Positions 1 to 15,000 of a stretch of DNA of 64,000 bases are shown in pieces. This stretch comes from Amoebophrya sp. A120 (Eukaryota; Protista; Dinoflagellata). How positions within the stretch are numbered: the first letter of the stretch is position 1; each line of letters begins with the position of its first letter. Under the pieces are notes generated by a model. The model worked only from the letters and a program-made list of their open reading frames with translations, made no database searches and was not told the origin of the DNA. Made by a program: the position numbers and the translations under genes. The DNA lies in the NCBI GenBank assembly GCA_905178155.1, contig CAJINV010000005.1, forward strand, positions 6,059,974-6,123,973, read 5' to 3'.

Positions 1-55
1 CTTGCATTACAAATTTCATGTAACAGTTGAGAATGTAACAGTTGAGAGCTCCATA
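1..55. mobile_element. Introner family G, right end only
   Basis: gtaacagttgagaatgtaac...ccata matches the end of 18253-18500. Confidence 0.8.
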
Positions 56-3000
56 CTGCGAAGTTGCAGGCTTTGCGTCATGATCAGTTGGTCCTCGGCT
101 CGCACCTTGAAAGAGGCCATCAGCAGTGCCACGACTTCTGGAGGCTTCTTCACCTGGAGTAGTGAGCCCGGCACCGTCCTCTACTACGTCATGGGGCGTG
201 TGTCGTTTACTGTGTGAAGAGGCAGAGACTGGAAGTAGATGATAGCCGAAAGGTACACCGTCAATGACATCGTTAAGAACCAAGCTTGGCGTTTGGTGGT
301 CAGTACCAGAAAAAGGAAAAGCAGAATCCGCAATAAAATCCTCAGCTGCCACAATCTTTCCGGTTTGAATCGCTGCAAGCGTGGCGTGGCCGAAAGCGTA
401 ACTGCCAATGGTTGATCTCGGTACTACGGGCGCAGAGGACAAGACAGAGGCTCTTTCTGTTGCAGCGATAATTCCTCCTCTTCCGGACTGCCTGGTGACA
501 ATATTCCCACTAGAAGAGGTGGACGACGACACCAGGTCCAAACTCGCGCTGGCCTTGTTCACCAACTGCAGCCGTTTCACTTCGACCCCCCTTTCGTTTC
601 CAAAGGCGTACACCAACGGCGCGATTTTTCGCAGGAAGTCGAAGGTGACCGCGATTTCGATAAACCTCAAACTCAAAATCATCTCTTTCTGGCTCCAATC
701 TCCCTTCACCGTGTTTGCTTGAATATCGCAGATAGAAAGCACCACACTGTCGGCTGTTGTTTGCAACGATTCTATCCGTTGCCGGAGCTTCGCAGCTTTA
801 GATAAAAACAGCGGCTCTTGCTGCTCTACAGCGTGATGAGCGCGGTGAAGATGAGCATGCTTCATTCGGTGGGCGGAAGCTTGGCTCCTCTGGGAATGCG
901 TGGATACAGTGCGACCTGAAGCGCCCTCGGAATAAGCCCTGCTATTCTGCTGACTGCCATGCCTGCTCGTGGCCTTGTAGTTCATGCTGGATGATGTCGA
1001 ATTCACAGAGGCGGTGTGATCAAAGTGAACCTTTTTCATCGTCTCATTTTCCTTGTCATCCAAAAACGTAACTCTGCGTGATTTGTTGTTCGACGTGCTC
1101 CGTTTCATCTCCTGCAACGCCAGCATCTCTGGCGTGCTTGTGAGTCTGCCTTCTACCTCACCTCCAGAATTATCTTCGAAAGCTACTCCTTGAGGATGAA
1201 AATGCGGGTTCACGACAGAAAACGGCACGACACTCTGAATCTCCGAAGATGAAGGCGGGCTCGCTGGTGGTGCACTACCAGATGTGGAATTCCCTGCTCG
1301 GTACACACTGAAACAGTCGTGCAAATCCACGTAGAGTGCGTCCCGTCCAAAGCTGCAGATTTTTTTCAAATCCGCGGCCAAAAAAAAGCCGAGCTCGACA
1401 CTTGCAGCTGCGCTACTTCCACCTGCCGCGCCAGAACGACCATTTGAGCCCGACGAGGACGGCTGACACAGCCAAAGCTCCACCGCCTCTAGAGCGATGG
1501 AAAGTTGCTTTTCCAAGGGCGGTAGTAATGGCGGAGTGATACTTGACGTAGCTGTACCTCTTCTTTTGTTCCCACCGGCTAATATCTTCTTGTTCTTCAT
1601 TTTATCATCGAATAAAACAACGGGAAAAAAGAAGTCCTCCGGGTTTGCCAGCGTGCGCACGGTAGTCAACAAAACGTCTGGGTTTTCGGACAAAGCAGAC
1701 GGCGAAGCCAAAACCCAAGCGGCGGTGTCTTCGCTCAACAAAACACTTTGCAGAAAGTCCGTTTCTACCTGCATCTGTTGGCTTATGATGCTCTGTATCA
1801 ACTGCTGCTTGGTCAACTCCAATTTCGAAGCTGCTGTGCCATCTTTGTTTAAATTCCTGGCACCAGCACCCTTAGTACTTCCGAAGAGCGAACCGAGTCT
1901 CGTCGTGGCTGACCGCGCTTTCGCACTCCCCAAAAATGGCGTCAAGGAGGCCCAGTTCGGCGTAGCGTGGGTCGAGCTAGAGCCCATGTCAGAGGCTAGC
2001 TCAAAATTCGAGTCGGCGGCTTGCTTTCCGGATAGCAAATTTGGTTGCCGATTTGCCGCACTGGTTCTCGTCGTGCCACCTCCGGGGAGAATTGTAGACA
2101 CGCTGGATAGGGAGCCTTGATTCAATCGCGCGTCGCCTTGTTGGTTTTGTTTTGCCCTTCCAAAAATCCGAGCAAAGAAACCGCCGAAAAAACCATGCTG
2201 TTTCGGATTTTTCTGTCGCTCCTCGTCCACAGCAAAACCTCGTGAATCAGCGATCGTTTCCTGTGTAGAAGAGCTTCGGAAATCGTAGATCTGACGACTA
2301 ACATTCTGCTGCTGCTGCTGCAAATCACTCGGACTGAAGTACAGCGGTGCGGGTTCGGATTCCGCGGCAGTGGTCAGCGCAGGTGTGAAGGAAGGATTAT
2401 TGTAGTAATTGCCACCCCCCGAACGGCCAGTTGCGCCTCCCGGTGCAGCTGGAACCTCGAGGTAATCTATGGTGCCTGATGTGATAGTAGCTCCATGCGC
2501 CGGAGGTAGTCCACCGCTAGCTGCACCACCACCAGCTCCACCAAGTAACGAAGGCGTAGTACCAGTTGAAGCAGGGCTACTGCTCTCCTGCTCGTGCAAC
2601 CACGGTTGATCGAGCAGGCTTGCGAAGGGCTTGAAATTCGGCTGCTGAGACGTGTTGGAACCGGCAGGCGTGGCGACGTAATTATTGCCACCTGTAGCTC
2701 CGGTCCCAGAAAAAACCGCCCGCTTCGCGCTCGCACTTGGTTCGGCTTGTGCTGCGGAACCTCCTCCTGCTGCAAATGATCCGAATGCAGCTTGCTGACC
2801 CTGGTTTTGAGCCGCTGCTGACGCTGGAAGGAGGTCTGACTTGGCGCTACTCGTTCCAAAACCTGGCGTAGCTTGCTCTGTCGCAGAACTTTGTGTCCCG
2901 CCCACGTGGTCCTCGCGCTCACCGTAGTGCCCTCGAGGTGAAGTAGATCTCTCCCTCGCCGTTCGCAGAAAGCACTCCCTCGGTGGCAAAAACGTCAATC

Positions 3001-6000
3001 GCGTCAATAACTCGTCCAATTCCTCAAATTGTGCCCACGTGGTGGATATCAAATGCAAAAATGTCTGGGTCTAAAGATGCAAGGTTTGTCATGCTCTGCT
3101 AGCATGATTCTCAGGTTTGTCATGCAGATCACCCAAAAGCGCCATTTTTCTGTCGTGCAGAAGCCCAGTTTGTCATGCAGAATAGCCAACACGACCGCAG
3201 CATCTCCAAAACCTGTCATGCTTGGTAGCCAATTGAGGCGTGCTCCTCTTTGTCCAACCACCATCACAAGTTCTTTCCAGACCCAGACACATTTGCAATG
3301 CATAGTGGAGACAAACATCGCCGTTTTCTCTTCCGGCTCGTAGACCGGATGCAGGTGCTGTTTGGCGGTTTTTTCATCCTCCTCAAGTCGCTGATCACTC
3401 TCAAGTAAACTTCTGCCGTCCAATCCGCCCCCACTCCGTCTTGCCCTCTGCAGGGCCTTTACCGCCAACACTTTCGCTTCGTTTGTCGGCGACCTCCGCA
3501 ACGGGCTCGCTCTGCGCAGTGGGTCCCGCGAAAATTCGTTCGCGAAGAGGTCATTTGCGCCCAGCTGGTCAGCTGCACGCTCCTTGTTTCCTTCAGCCGT
3601 CTTTCTCGCTCTTTGCTCTGGACTCCGAGTTCTGCGATGGTGCCCTCTATCGCTCTTCACCATACGTCTATTTCTGTCCCGTTTCGACTGCGCAGAAAAT
3701 TCAAATTCTTCCTCCTCTTCGATCTCAGTAAAGCTGTATGGAACCTGCCTCAAGTCCAACTGAAAAATCACGTTTTCAGAGCCGAAAAAGGAAATCTGCA
3801 CGGATTCCTTCTGTTTTTGATAATTCTCTACTCCGTCTTGCAACAAGCCCATGTTGTCTTTCGACCCGGTCCGCGGGTCCAAGTCCTTCACCATCGGGGA
3901 GAGGAATTTCAGCCCGGGCGTCACAGTGGAAATTCTCTTCAGCTTGTTCCAAAACCTTTCGCCAGCATGTTTCGCCAGAATTTTAAACCGCTGCCTCTTG
4001 GATCGCTCTGCAGCAGCAGAGGCCCCCGTCGACGCAGAATTCAGAGAACCTCGGGTATCTTGCGTCTGTACAGCTGCCGTTCCTGATAGGTGCTGCTGAT
4101 CTTGATTCATCCCAACGACCTCCGTGCCGCCCAATAACTGGTCTAGAAAGAAATCACTACCGGCGTTTTTGCTTCCCGATTTGCTCATAGTGAGTTGATC
4201 TCTCGTACTAGCCGCAGGTGGCGCTGTCGCCGGCACAAAAATCGGCTTGTTCGAAGGGGGGCGCGGAAAACATGTTGGAATCACCAGCACGTCGCCTGTA
4301 GTTGAAGTAGTGGCATCTTTTGTTTTGGAGGCATTTGTGTTTCCCGCTGGTGCGGTTTTACCGTCGTTATTTAGTACGTCATCGCTTGCTCCACCACCTC
4401 CACCCACAGACTCATCTGTGATATCCACAGGAAATTTCCCGTGCACGTGCAAATGCCAATGCGGTTTCTGCATGACAAAACTTTCGTTCATTTCTATTCA
4501 GCATGACAAGTGGCACGCTGTAAGTTGATAAAATTTGTGATGCATTTTGTACATGTACAGGAAATTTGTATTGCATATGTGAGTTTGGGATGCACGACCA
4601 TGCCGAGCCGCCGGTACATCACCCGTTCTATTGGCGCGCCATCGAACAGCTGCTCGATATCGTCTAAGGAGTAACTCTTTGTGCTGGTTTTCCGTACGTG
4701 TTTCTCGATCACTTCCCGCTTTTCCTTGCTGAAACTCACAATCTCGCTGGTGGCGAACAGTAGACTTGGGTCTAAATCCCCCGCCGTGCACCAAACAGAG
4801 TGGTCTTTTTTCAGCACAAAAACCGTACATAACTGCCAGGAATCATCCACTACCTGCTGATCCGCGAAGAGATAGCTCTGCTGCTGCGCCAACAGCGTTT
4901 CCGGGTCCACGCGGCGCCACAGTGTGCCTTTCCACAGCAAGTCACTGTCGCGGAAGGTTTTCGTCGATCCGCCACTCCCACCAGCGCCAGCTTCCGCTGC
5001 GTCCCCACTGTAGTCTGTAATTGCGAGCGGTTGCTGATGGTCGTCCACGTTTGCAGCATGTGTTTGACTCTCGCTGTCATCGAAAGAAACAATCTGCAGC
5101 GATTTCTGCCACCCGGACACCGCTTGGCCAACCACCTGCAGGTTCGCGAGGAGCATATTTGACAAGCGGATTTGCAGCGGGGAAATTTTTATCTTCACAT
5201 CATCGCTGCCGATGCCGTTGCCGCCTGGAAGCTGCCCGGTGTCGTAGGTTCTGGAAAACTTTCTCAGGGCGACGATGCTTGTTTCGGGTTTGTCGTCTTG
5301 CGAAGATGATGTTGTTGTATCAGGCACCACTGAAGAAGTAGTAGAAAACCCAGCCAGCTTTTCCAGCACTGAATCTTTCACGAAAGGAAGCCTAACATTG
5401 CTATCCGCGAAACTTGCCCGGCTGTTGTAGGTGCCGACATTCCCTGCCGCTATGTTAGAAACTTCAGTTCCTACGAAAATGTCGGCGAGGGTAAGGTTCA
5501 AATACTTCGTCTCCATCTCTTTAGACCTTATCATTGAGGGGAGCAGGTAGATGGAAGTTAGGTCTTGGTGAGAAGCACTACCGGTCTCCGCTCGGGCCCC
5601 TTGACCTTGTCTCACAGGTCTTGTAGATGGATCCGAGTACTGGGGTGTCGGATAGGAGGTGGGATTAAAGCTTTTGTAGTTGCCGCCAGTCGTAGTTCCA
5701 CCTCCCGATGAAAAGGTGTGCGGATAGTACAACTGTTGGCCGCCCGTTGTGCCGCCCGTGTTGGTTCGCGACAGTGATCCCAGATGCGCAGACGCCGCAG
5801 TTGGCGTGGCAGGGTAGAAGTGCTGGCTAGTCGTCAATGGGCTCGTCATCGGACCGGCGGCAGCCTTTGGTGTCGGACCACCTCGGTAAGTAGATCCGGC
5901 AAAATTCTGCTGCTGCTGCTGCAATGGTGCCACCATCGGGGAAATAAACGTTCTCGCGTGATGCAAAATCGCAAGATCGGGCGGCAGAAAATCCAGTTGC

Positions 6001-9000
6001 TTCGTTTGCGAAAACCTAACATCGAAAATCTTATGTACTGCAAAGGTATTGTACTAGTAGAAATCGCATTACAAATTCGGTCAGCATGACAGATGAAATT
6101 TGTCATGCTGTTTTACCTTAGTATGGAGATTTGTAATGCCTGACTGTGATTACTACGAGTACGATACTTTTGCACAGGATAAATCTGCACGGAAAGCAAC
6201 CCCGCAGAACCCGCGCGGAATACCTCTTGTGCAGCCACTAATCCCTCCGCTTTGGCCTGTTGGACGAGAGCAGCACGCCTGTTCCGTTTGTTTCTTCGAC
6301 GGCGCCGGCTGGGTGATAGCAGATTATTCGGAAGATCAGTGACGGCTGAACTCGTTTGCGGTGGGCCGAGGGAAAACATGAGGCAGGGTGTGTGGAACTG
6401 AGTGTGATCGAGCGATTGTTGGTGGGCAGGTACAACTAGTCGAGCTGCAGTTTGAAGCTGCGCCGTTGTAGCACCGACGAATCCTGCTCCGGGCGAGCCT
6501 GGGATCTGCAACGCCGGAACCGCACCTCCCATCGGACTGGTTTTTTTCACGACCCCTCCCCCACTCCTGTGCATCGGTCCAACTTCAATGTCTTCGTCCG
6601 GAATCTTCGGTGTCGGCGCATTCACAACAGAATTCCGGAAAAACGTCGCGCTACTGCTCGAACTGGAAATCTCATCGAAGACGGCAGTGTTGCTTGACGT
6701 GCTAGACAGGATGACACCGGGAGCAGTAGCTCCTGGCGCAAAGGGCCTACTGCTTTGTGCACCGAAAGTATTTCCCGCAGGCCCGTCGACATGGAGGTCC
6801 GCGTCCGGCTGAGTCGGCGGGTGAGGGTGACTTACTACTTGTTGTGGTTCGTCGTTTCCACGACCATTCGATCTCAAACCACCGCCCCCGCTCGTCTGTT
6901 CTTCAACTACTGGGGCACCAGCGGGACCATCTATCGGCTTAAACACCGATGCCAGTGTGTCACAGTCCGGCAAAATGTATCAAATGCAAAAATGTCTGGG
7001 TCTGGAAGAGTCGGGGTTTGTCATGCACACTTTGCATGACCCGTGAGGTCTGTGATGCAGGTCCTAGCATTACAGAGTTTTCAGGAGCCTCTTGATGTTT
7101 ACCACGCATGAGAAATGCCCTCTTCGCGTGCCAAGAACTGGAGTCCTCTTGCTGCCCATGCAACGCAGATATTTTTAGAATCCGCAAACAGCATTACAAG
7201 TTCCACTCTTCCAGACATCCAGGGATATTTGCAATGCATAAAATGGAAAACCGCAGCCGCAAACTCTGTTTTCCGAGGAAATGCTTCGCGCGCAGCATCA
7301 GTTTGTGCTCAGAGGATTTTTCCGAGTTCGACGAGCGTCTATTGGTGCCGCTGTGAAGATGTATCTGATTCAAAAGCGCCAACGCACTACCAGGCGGCGG
7401 TATCACTAAGACCAGCAGCGGTAATATGGGTGTGTCAGGAAGAAAACGACACAGTTGAAATAATCTGTGATGCATGAAATGTAAGGCACTGAGTGACTGT
7501 CTTGCAGGGATTGCAAGCGAGGCCACTTGTGAGCCTGTTTCGGGTTTGGGATAGAGCTGCTAAAGTAGCATGACAAAGGATGTCTTCTACTTTGGCTAAA
7601 CAGCATGACAAACTGGATTTCGATGACGTCAAAATTTGTCATGCGCCGCTTGAAAATTGGGCTTCCAACTGGTATCGGTTTTATGCATCACAAATTTTTC
7701 AACTTTGTCAATTTCAATCCTGACAGTTCCATAGGTAAATCCAGAGAGAACTTCTTCGTTTTGTTCACCAGTAGTAGAGGAGGCACTGAAGGTTGGGCTC
7801 CACCGGAAGCAGGGGGAGGAGAGGAAGTTGAAGCTCCTCCTGTTGTTGATCCGGTTCCAATACTACCACCCGCAACCCCAGGAGCATCTTTCAACACATT
7901 GAAGTGCGTGACAATCTCGGCCGCAGCTTTCATAGTCCCGTTCAGGAAATGGCTGCTGAGCGCGACAACGCTGGACTCCAAATAGACCGCAGTCACGTTT
8001 TCCTCATGTTGTGGAATCTCCGAAACAGCCCCCGTGCCCGTCGCACGACCGGAAACATCTGATGCAGCTAAAACTTCTGCACGACCTTCCCGCTTGTGTA
8101 AATGGATCGTCAGCTGGTGCGGTGCTTTTTCGCCCAATCTCGGAAGGAGATTTTGCGGAATTTCGTTCTGGATAATCTCCGACGGGCGGAAGAAATCTTG
8201 ATCTCCATCTTGCGGGGCAGCTGGGAGGTCCCCGCTCGGATCTTCAACCGCAACACTGTATAATCTCATGCCCAAATTCTCAAACGCGCTCCGAGTCGGC
8301 GTCATGAATCTCACTGTGTGCGTTGCCTCCTCTGTCATGCACAACTGCCAAGAGGAATCGAAGTTATCACCAAGAAGATCTTCCCGATTAACATTTTGTT
8401 CGGAGTCAGAAGCTCCTGCACTAGTACTCCGATTTGTTAGAGGATCTTGGGGTGGAAGAACCGGGCGAAGTAAGGTCTCGAGATCGTCGTGATCCTCGCC
8501 AGCATCTTCTTCTGGTAAGAGGTCTGGCACCTCCCCCTCTTCCGCGAGAATGTTCATTCTGGTATTCTGCGAATGAAAGAACGGCGCTTTTTTGGAGAAT
8601 GACGTTCCGATCTCGCTTGACAGCGTGGAAGCTTCTGTCACGTTTGTCAATCGAGAGGGCCCTCCTGCCGGGGCAAAAGCACTATATCCCGCAGAGCCTT
8701 CCATGCGGCGATGAACCGGGTGAAGATGCTTGTTGTACGTTCCAGGCCCCTGCTCTTCCGGAACAGCTACGCGCTTGGCGCACGACAAGTGCAGGTAGCG
8801 AATCAACGACGACCCGCTGCTCGACGTTGCCCCTCCCGAAGCGCTTGCTCCATCGAAGAATAAAGCCTCGGGCTCTGAAGACCGTGAATCGAATCTCGCT
8901 GTTGTGTGTATGTCTGCCCACTCCAAGCTGTAGGAAGAGGAACCAGGGATATCGTCTTCCTCTTCTGCAGCTGTTGTACCACTATTTCGAACTGCTTTGA

Positions 9001-12000
9001 CCCGAAAGACCGAGGGCACAGTTGCACTGGTTCCGAGGCTGCTCTCCTCAGTAGTTGAAGAAGTCGTAGCATATGAACTGCAAAACCAAAAGTATCGTAT
9101 AATTCGTATAGATGCATTACAAATTTCCTCAGCATGAGAAATAAAATTTGTAGTGCGAAATTACCTTAGAAAAAGACTTGTAATGCATGATTGCAATACG
9201 AGTACGATACTTTTGCACAGGATATAGCAGGATCTGTTGCGATGTCCATTAACCCGACCTCTAACGCGGAAAGAGGGTCTGATCCAACCATATTCGCGTA
9301 GTTCCGCCGCACGGTCAGCCACGTATTCCTTGTGCCTGCGACTCTCAAAGCGTAGTGCTCGGATGAATGATCTTCACTGTCATCTGCATTATCAGCTCCT
9401 GAGTGGTCGTTTTTGATTGTAGTTGACACAGCACGTAGCTCGAACCACAACGGGGCTGCTTGTTTAGTACTTCCGGTTCTTGCGCCGCCAGTACCAAAAA
9501 CCGCGCCTTTTTCGTCGTCCTGACCGTCGTTCAGCCTACCGTCTACTCCTTGCTGCGCTCCGGCTGGAACCACCCTCGGCGTCGCAAAGTTCAACTGCTT
9601 CGGCGAAAGCTGCGCAAGATCAGCTGAAGTGGTGGATAGCGTTGAGAGAAAGGGGCGGACACCAGAGGCTGTTGTACTTCTGCTGAGACTGGTTTTCGGC
9701 TTAATGGTTTCGCGACCGTCTGGTGCACCATCAGCTGCAAGATCTTCCAGCATCTGAGCGGAGATGAAAAAGCTCGAAGCTACTCCTGCATTGGCTGTGT
9801 CTCCAAACTGTATGCCAAGCACCATTCCGTCCAAAACATCGTGCGTCTTCCGCCAGAGAACCGGAATCATGTTGATGGCTGCCGGAAGACGAGGGGTGGC
9901 TGCTGTAGATTTAGCACTCACTTCTTTCGCTTTTCTCTTTATGTTCGGCGCAATCTTGTCAACCGAACCACCGCCTCGTGGCAAGTGCCAACAGGAGATG
10001 TCATCCACCGTGATACACTTCGACGACAACCCTGTCACAACTCCACCGCTAATATCCACATAATTCGAGAACTGTAACTCCCGGACGACAAAGCTGCAGA
10101 TACATTGGTGCTTTAACTTCCGCCAGAGAGCGAGCTCAAAGCCCTCGACGCTGACGTTTTTCTCGACTGTGTGCACGTGAAAGTTGCGCATGGAGAAAAG
10201 GGTGAGGAGAGCCGCGTCGGAAAGCTGGAGATTTGGTGGAGGGGTGTAGAAGTAGGCGGTGGAGGAGCAGCCGTTGCTGAGGTTTATTTTCAGCCGCTTG
10301 CTTTTTTTTGATCTTTTCCTACCGCTTTCGCCTGGCGGCGGAGCAGCATTTGTCGTCGCAGCCTCGTTCTGCAACCTGAGCGAACGAAACAGGGTGGAGT
10401 GCTTTCCTCCGTCCGGGCTCAAAATAAGGATTATCTCTGGCACGTCCAGAGTCAAGTTCCACGGACGGTGGGGGGCAGGTGGTGGAGAAGGCTTGGCTTC
10501 GTGCTCTGGACGATTTATTTCTCCAGCAGCTGCATCTACTGGGTACTGGACAGGTGGACCACGCAACTCATGCGGATGCTGCATGCTGTGAAGTAGATCA
10601 TCGTATCTTTCATTCCCCCGAATCGCCGCACCTCGCGGGCTGAGTTGGTCCCTCGGACTCAAAAACGCGTGGTCCTCGCTGGCGTCGCGGTACTCCGCGT
10701 CTTCGTTTAGGATCGGCATATGTTGGGTCGTCCCACCTCCCGCGCCAAAATCGTGAAGATGGTGCAGACTTGATGCAAACGGCAGCGCAACATCCTGCTT
10801 CTCCGGCGGCGATTCGTCGAACAGATTGGGCTCGTTGATGAAATGTTCGTGCGAAGATGAACTACCGCCGGGACGGAGGTGGTGGTCTGAAAATGATCCA
10901 GGCGACAGCTTTGTTGACGCACCATTTTTGCTGTTCTCCTCCTCCTTCGCCGAGGCAATCAAGTCCTGGTACTTTGTGACTGCCCTGGCGACTCTAATCA
11001 AGAAGCTTTGGTGCGGGGCTATCTGCAAGGCGCCGATCTCTAGCTGCGCGATGGAGGCCTCTCCTAGTACTGGTGTGGTGTCTCCTGGAAGCTGTTGACC
11101 AAATTCGCTCGTCGGTACTAGCTTCTTCGCTGCGGGCACGATGGTTGTTTTTAAAAAGTATTGCCTGTGCGACTCCTCTACAAATTCTCCATTCTCTAGC
11201 CCCTTCTGTTCGTGGATCGTTCGCAACAGATTCCGGGAGACAATTGGCACCTGGATCCTTGGAGCCTGCTTCGCAGAGTTAGTGCTAGAGCTGCTTGATT
11301 CACTGTAGTTGCCCTCGTGAGAAGTGCTGCCCTTCGCTTGTTCCCCCGAACCAGGACCAGCTTCGGCTTGTGCGTCATAATCCAGCAAGAACAAATCCCC
11401 AAGTTCCACCCGGTAAATTTTCCTCGCCGCCTTCCTATTCGTCAAGTTTTCTGCGAAAATTTGCGTTTTCGTCTTCAGAAATTTGCTCAAAGCCGCATCT
11501 TGCGTAAAAAAACCCTCCGCTTGCTGCGACGGGTCGTCAACAGCTAAGGGTAAAACCCGTTGGAGCCTCAATTCCAAGTTCTGCAAGTTGACTGCACAGT
11601 ATCCCACGAAAAAACTGTTTCACTGTGATAATTTTGCAAGATCCGCATCACAAGTTTGTATACACATGACAAAGAAAACTTGGCATGCGTGTTTCCTAAG
11701 GGAAAACACAGCTAAAAATCCAATGTCTTGCATGTGTAGCAAGACAAACACATTTGCGTTCCGTTCTATGCATCACAAGTTTACAGTGAAACAGTTTTTT
11801 CTCACGATACACAGACCTGCTTGTCCAAAACCAGAATCTCGGTGAACGAAATCAAAACGTCAAAGAGCGAATTCTCCGTGTTGATGCTCGTTGCCCTACT
11901 CGTTGTACTGCTTCTTGTTTTAGAAGAAACTGTCGTGGCTCTACCACTACTTCCACTCGTTCGCAGGGTGCTGCTGGATACACTGGTGACAAAGCTGCGT

Positions 12001-15000
12001 CTTTTTGCACCAGCAGTTGCTCCAGTTGTAGAAGTACCAGCAGAATGATGAAAATCACCGCCTTGATGCTGTTCCAAAACCTGCATCGCCGTTTTCCCTT
12101 GCGCGGCCACCATTGCGGCGGTGGGCGGGAGCTCTCTGTGGGCCGGATGGGGAATAGTGGTCATGGGGTTGAAGAGTTTCCCGTTCTTCACCAAAGTGCG
12201 CATCATGGACAACCCACCATTCGGTCCGTCGGACATGAGCAATCTGACAGTGATACGCGGAAATTGCAGGGTGAGTTTGTCACCCAGGATCGTGTTCTGG
12301 AGATAATTGTGGAAGTTGTCATGCTGAAGCGACAATCCAGACGGCGTCGAGTTGTGGTCACCTGTCATAATTCCTGGAGCCAACCTTCCGATCTCGATTA
12401 GACTGTCGGAGATTTGAATTCCACTGGCGTAGTCGTGACCAGACTTCCAAAGAGCGTGATACAGTTCCTCGGATAAGTTCACGTCAGGGGCCGTGTTGTT
12501 TTTCGCACTCTTGTGATCTACGTAGTGCAAAGCGATTTGCCCGCAGGTACACCAATTGGTGCTGGTTTCCGAGAACGAAGTTGTCTGCTGTTGCCTCAGA
12601 GAATCAAAAACCGGCTTCTCCCCCTGCCACTCCCTCAACCCGGGGACGACATCTCGCAACCTATGGATTGCAAAAGTATTGCACTCGTATAAATGGATGA
12701 CAAATTCCCCTAGCATGCGAAATGAAATTTGTAATGCGGATTTATTACCTTGAGAAAAAAAATTGTAATGCATGACTGCGAATACGAGTACGATACTTTT
12801 ACACAGGATACAACCGGGTGTTGGACAAAATCTGCTCAAAATCCAGATTCGCGTCGTAGTCGAAGGGGGCGAAAAGTTTTTTCAACAGCTCAAAATCGGA
12901 GTTGAACCAGCGATCTAAAGTCTATCCACAGAAAAAAACCCATCCACATCCATTCTTGGCATGACAAACAAATTAATGACTTGATACGTGTTTTGCATGA
13001 CAAATTGGATGTGGATGGGTTTTTTTCTGTGCATAAAGTCTCCTGAATTTCCGAGGTGCGAAACCGGGTGTCGAGCTGGATTTTGTTCGCGTGGACCAGT
13101 AGGACGGAGGAATTGTCGACAGAGTTTTTCCGCAAAAATATGCCGCGGTCTCTCGCCAATTCTTTCCGTCCTTGCGCGCCGCCGGTCGCAACAGTAGTAG
13201 ACACAGCTCCACCAGCACTGCCATTTCCACTTTCTTCAACAGCATGATCTGAGTGGTCCTGGTTCAGCGTGACCAGAATTTCCTCCACATCCAGAGCGAA
13301 AAACGGCACAATTGGCTCGGTCTGCTTCCGTAATTTTTCATTCTTCTCCCACTCCAAAATCGATTCGACCAGAGATTTCGGAAATTTGTATTCGCTGTTG
13401 TCGTACACATACCCGGTTCCGTTCACCGCTCTCCGCGTGTTGCTCCTTTTCGTCGCAAGAAAAAACTGTTCCACTGCGAACTTGTGATGCAGAAAGTGGA
13501 TCGCAGAAGTGTGTGTCACGCTACACATGCAAGACAGTGGATTTCTAGCTGTGTTTTCCCGTAGGAACCCCGCATGGCAAATTTCCGTTGTCATGTAAAA
13601 CAAAATTGTGATGCAATACTTGCAAAATCCTTACAGTGAAACGCTTTTTTCGTAGGATACTTTTCAACTCGTCAACAATGTGGGTTCCCGAGTCTTCCGC
13701 GTACCATTCGTCGTCCTCTTCTAATTGAACGATAATTTTCTTCTCGTGCATGATCCCAGCACTCCCGGCGGTCGGGCTGAGACTGTCACTGTCTGCGCCG
13801 TCGTGGTGGACATGATCATGATCCATGGCGGAATCGATGTTGTCGTGGTCGTATTCCTATTCTGTACAAAAGTATCGTACTTGTTACTCGTAGTAATCGC
13901 AGTCATGCATTACATTTCTCCATCCCAAGGTGAAAGAGCATGACAATTTCTATTTCTCATGCTGGCCGAATTTGTAATGCGATTTCTACTAGTACGATGC
14001 TTTTGCAATGCATAATTCCGATTCTAATTCCTTCGTCATGGCGAGAATCCTTTCCTCGGCGACCTTCTCGGAGATAGCCTGGCCGGCCGAGGAGAAGAAG
14101 GAGCTGAAGTAGCCTTGTATGCAATACAAATTTCCCGCACATGTACAAAATGCACCACAAATTTCCCTAAGACACTTGTCATGCTGATTAAGATTGAAGG
14201 CGAGTTTTGTCATGCAAAAATAACCAGGAGCATTTGCACGTGAACGCGAAGGCGAAATATACTGGGGATACCTTGATGGCTCTCTGGTGCAGAAGCTGCA
14301 GTCCCCCCGTCGGAGGGAGTGGGCGTGTTGGTCAACGACGAGCCTCGAATTATGCGACGGCCCCCGGGAGATACATTAGACGGCGACAAATCGTGGTCAT
14401 CACGTGTGGAGCCACGGACACTCGGGCTACGGGATGGCACGGCACTCACAGCGCCACTTTGACGACCGGAGGAGACTGGGCCAGAATTACTACTAGATCC
14501 TGCTGGTGCATATTGCCCGTAGTTCACCATCACCGGTCTTCTGTACCCGTCTTCCAACATCTCAATGATGTCCATCCCATCTCCTTCTTCGCTGTGCTCG
14601 GCGAGGAACGTGCCTAAAACGATTTTCAACACCGGCCGGATCTGCAGAAACGCCTTCCCCGTGAAAAACAAATCCTTGATCACTGTTGGGCTGCCAGAAA
14701 ACTTATCAGACGTGAAGATCCAATTCTTTTGCCCGGTGTTCGGAAGAAGCTCTGCGATTTTCGTGATGGTGGGCGTTTTGTTCGCAGAAGTTGTTGTGTT
14801 GTTTTCGCCACTAGTTCCGGCTTTCTTCACTGATTCTTTCGAAATCTCTTCTAGCAAAACCGCCGGCCCTTCTACCGCCACCTGCTTTCCCTGGAGAAAG
14901 GATTTGCAATAAGTCACCCGCAGCCCGTCAGCACTTATACGCCAATGGGTGGATTTAGTTGGGTCTGTGCCTTTTAGTAAGCGGGAGGTGGAGGAAAAGA

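Noticed and set aside
1497-2120. Long plus-strand ORFs (also 38812-39495, 63226-63813 and others)
   Set aside because: Antisense shadows of the minus-strand coding exons.
3047-3304. Tc1/mariner MITEs or ciliate-type TA-bounded IESs
   Set aside because: TA is part of the TIR and both TAs are lost on frame restoration. The duplicated unit is an arbitrary 5-mer outside them. DNA-level excision in general is not excluded.
6960-7187. Recurrent short ORF peptides such as NAKMSGSG, FQTQTFLHLI and CKSIVLV as a repeated protein family
   Set aside because: They are translations of family A and B TIRs, not genes.
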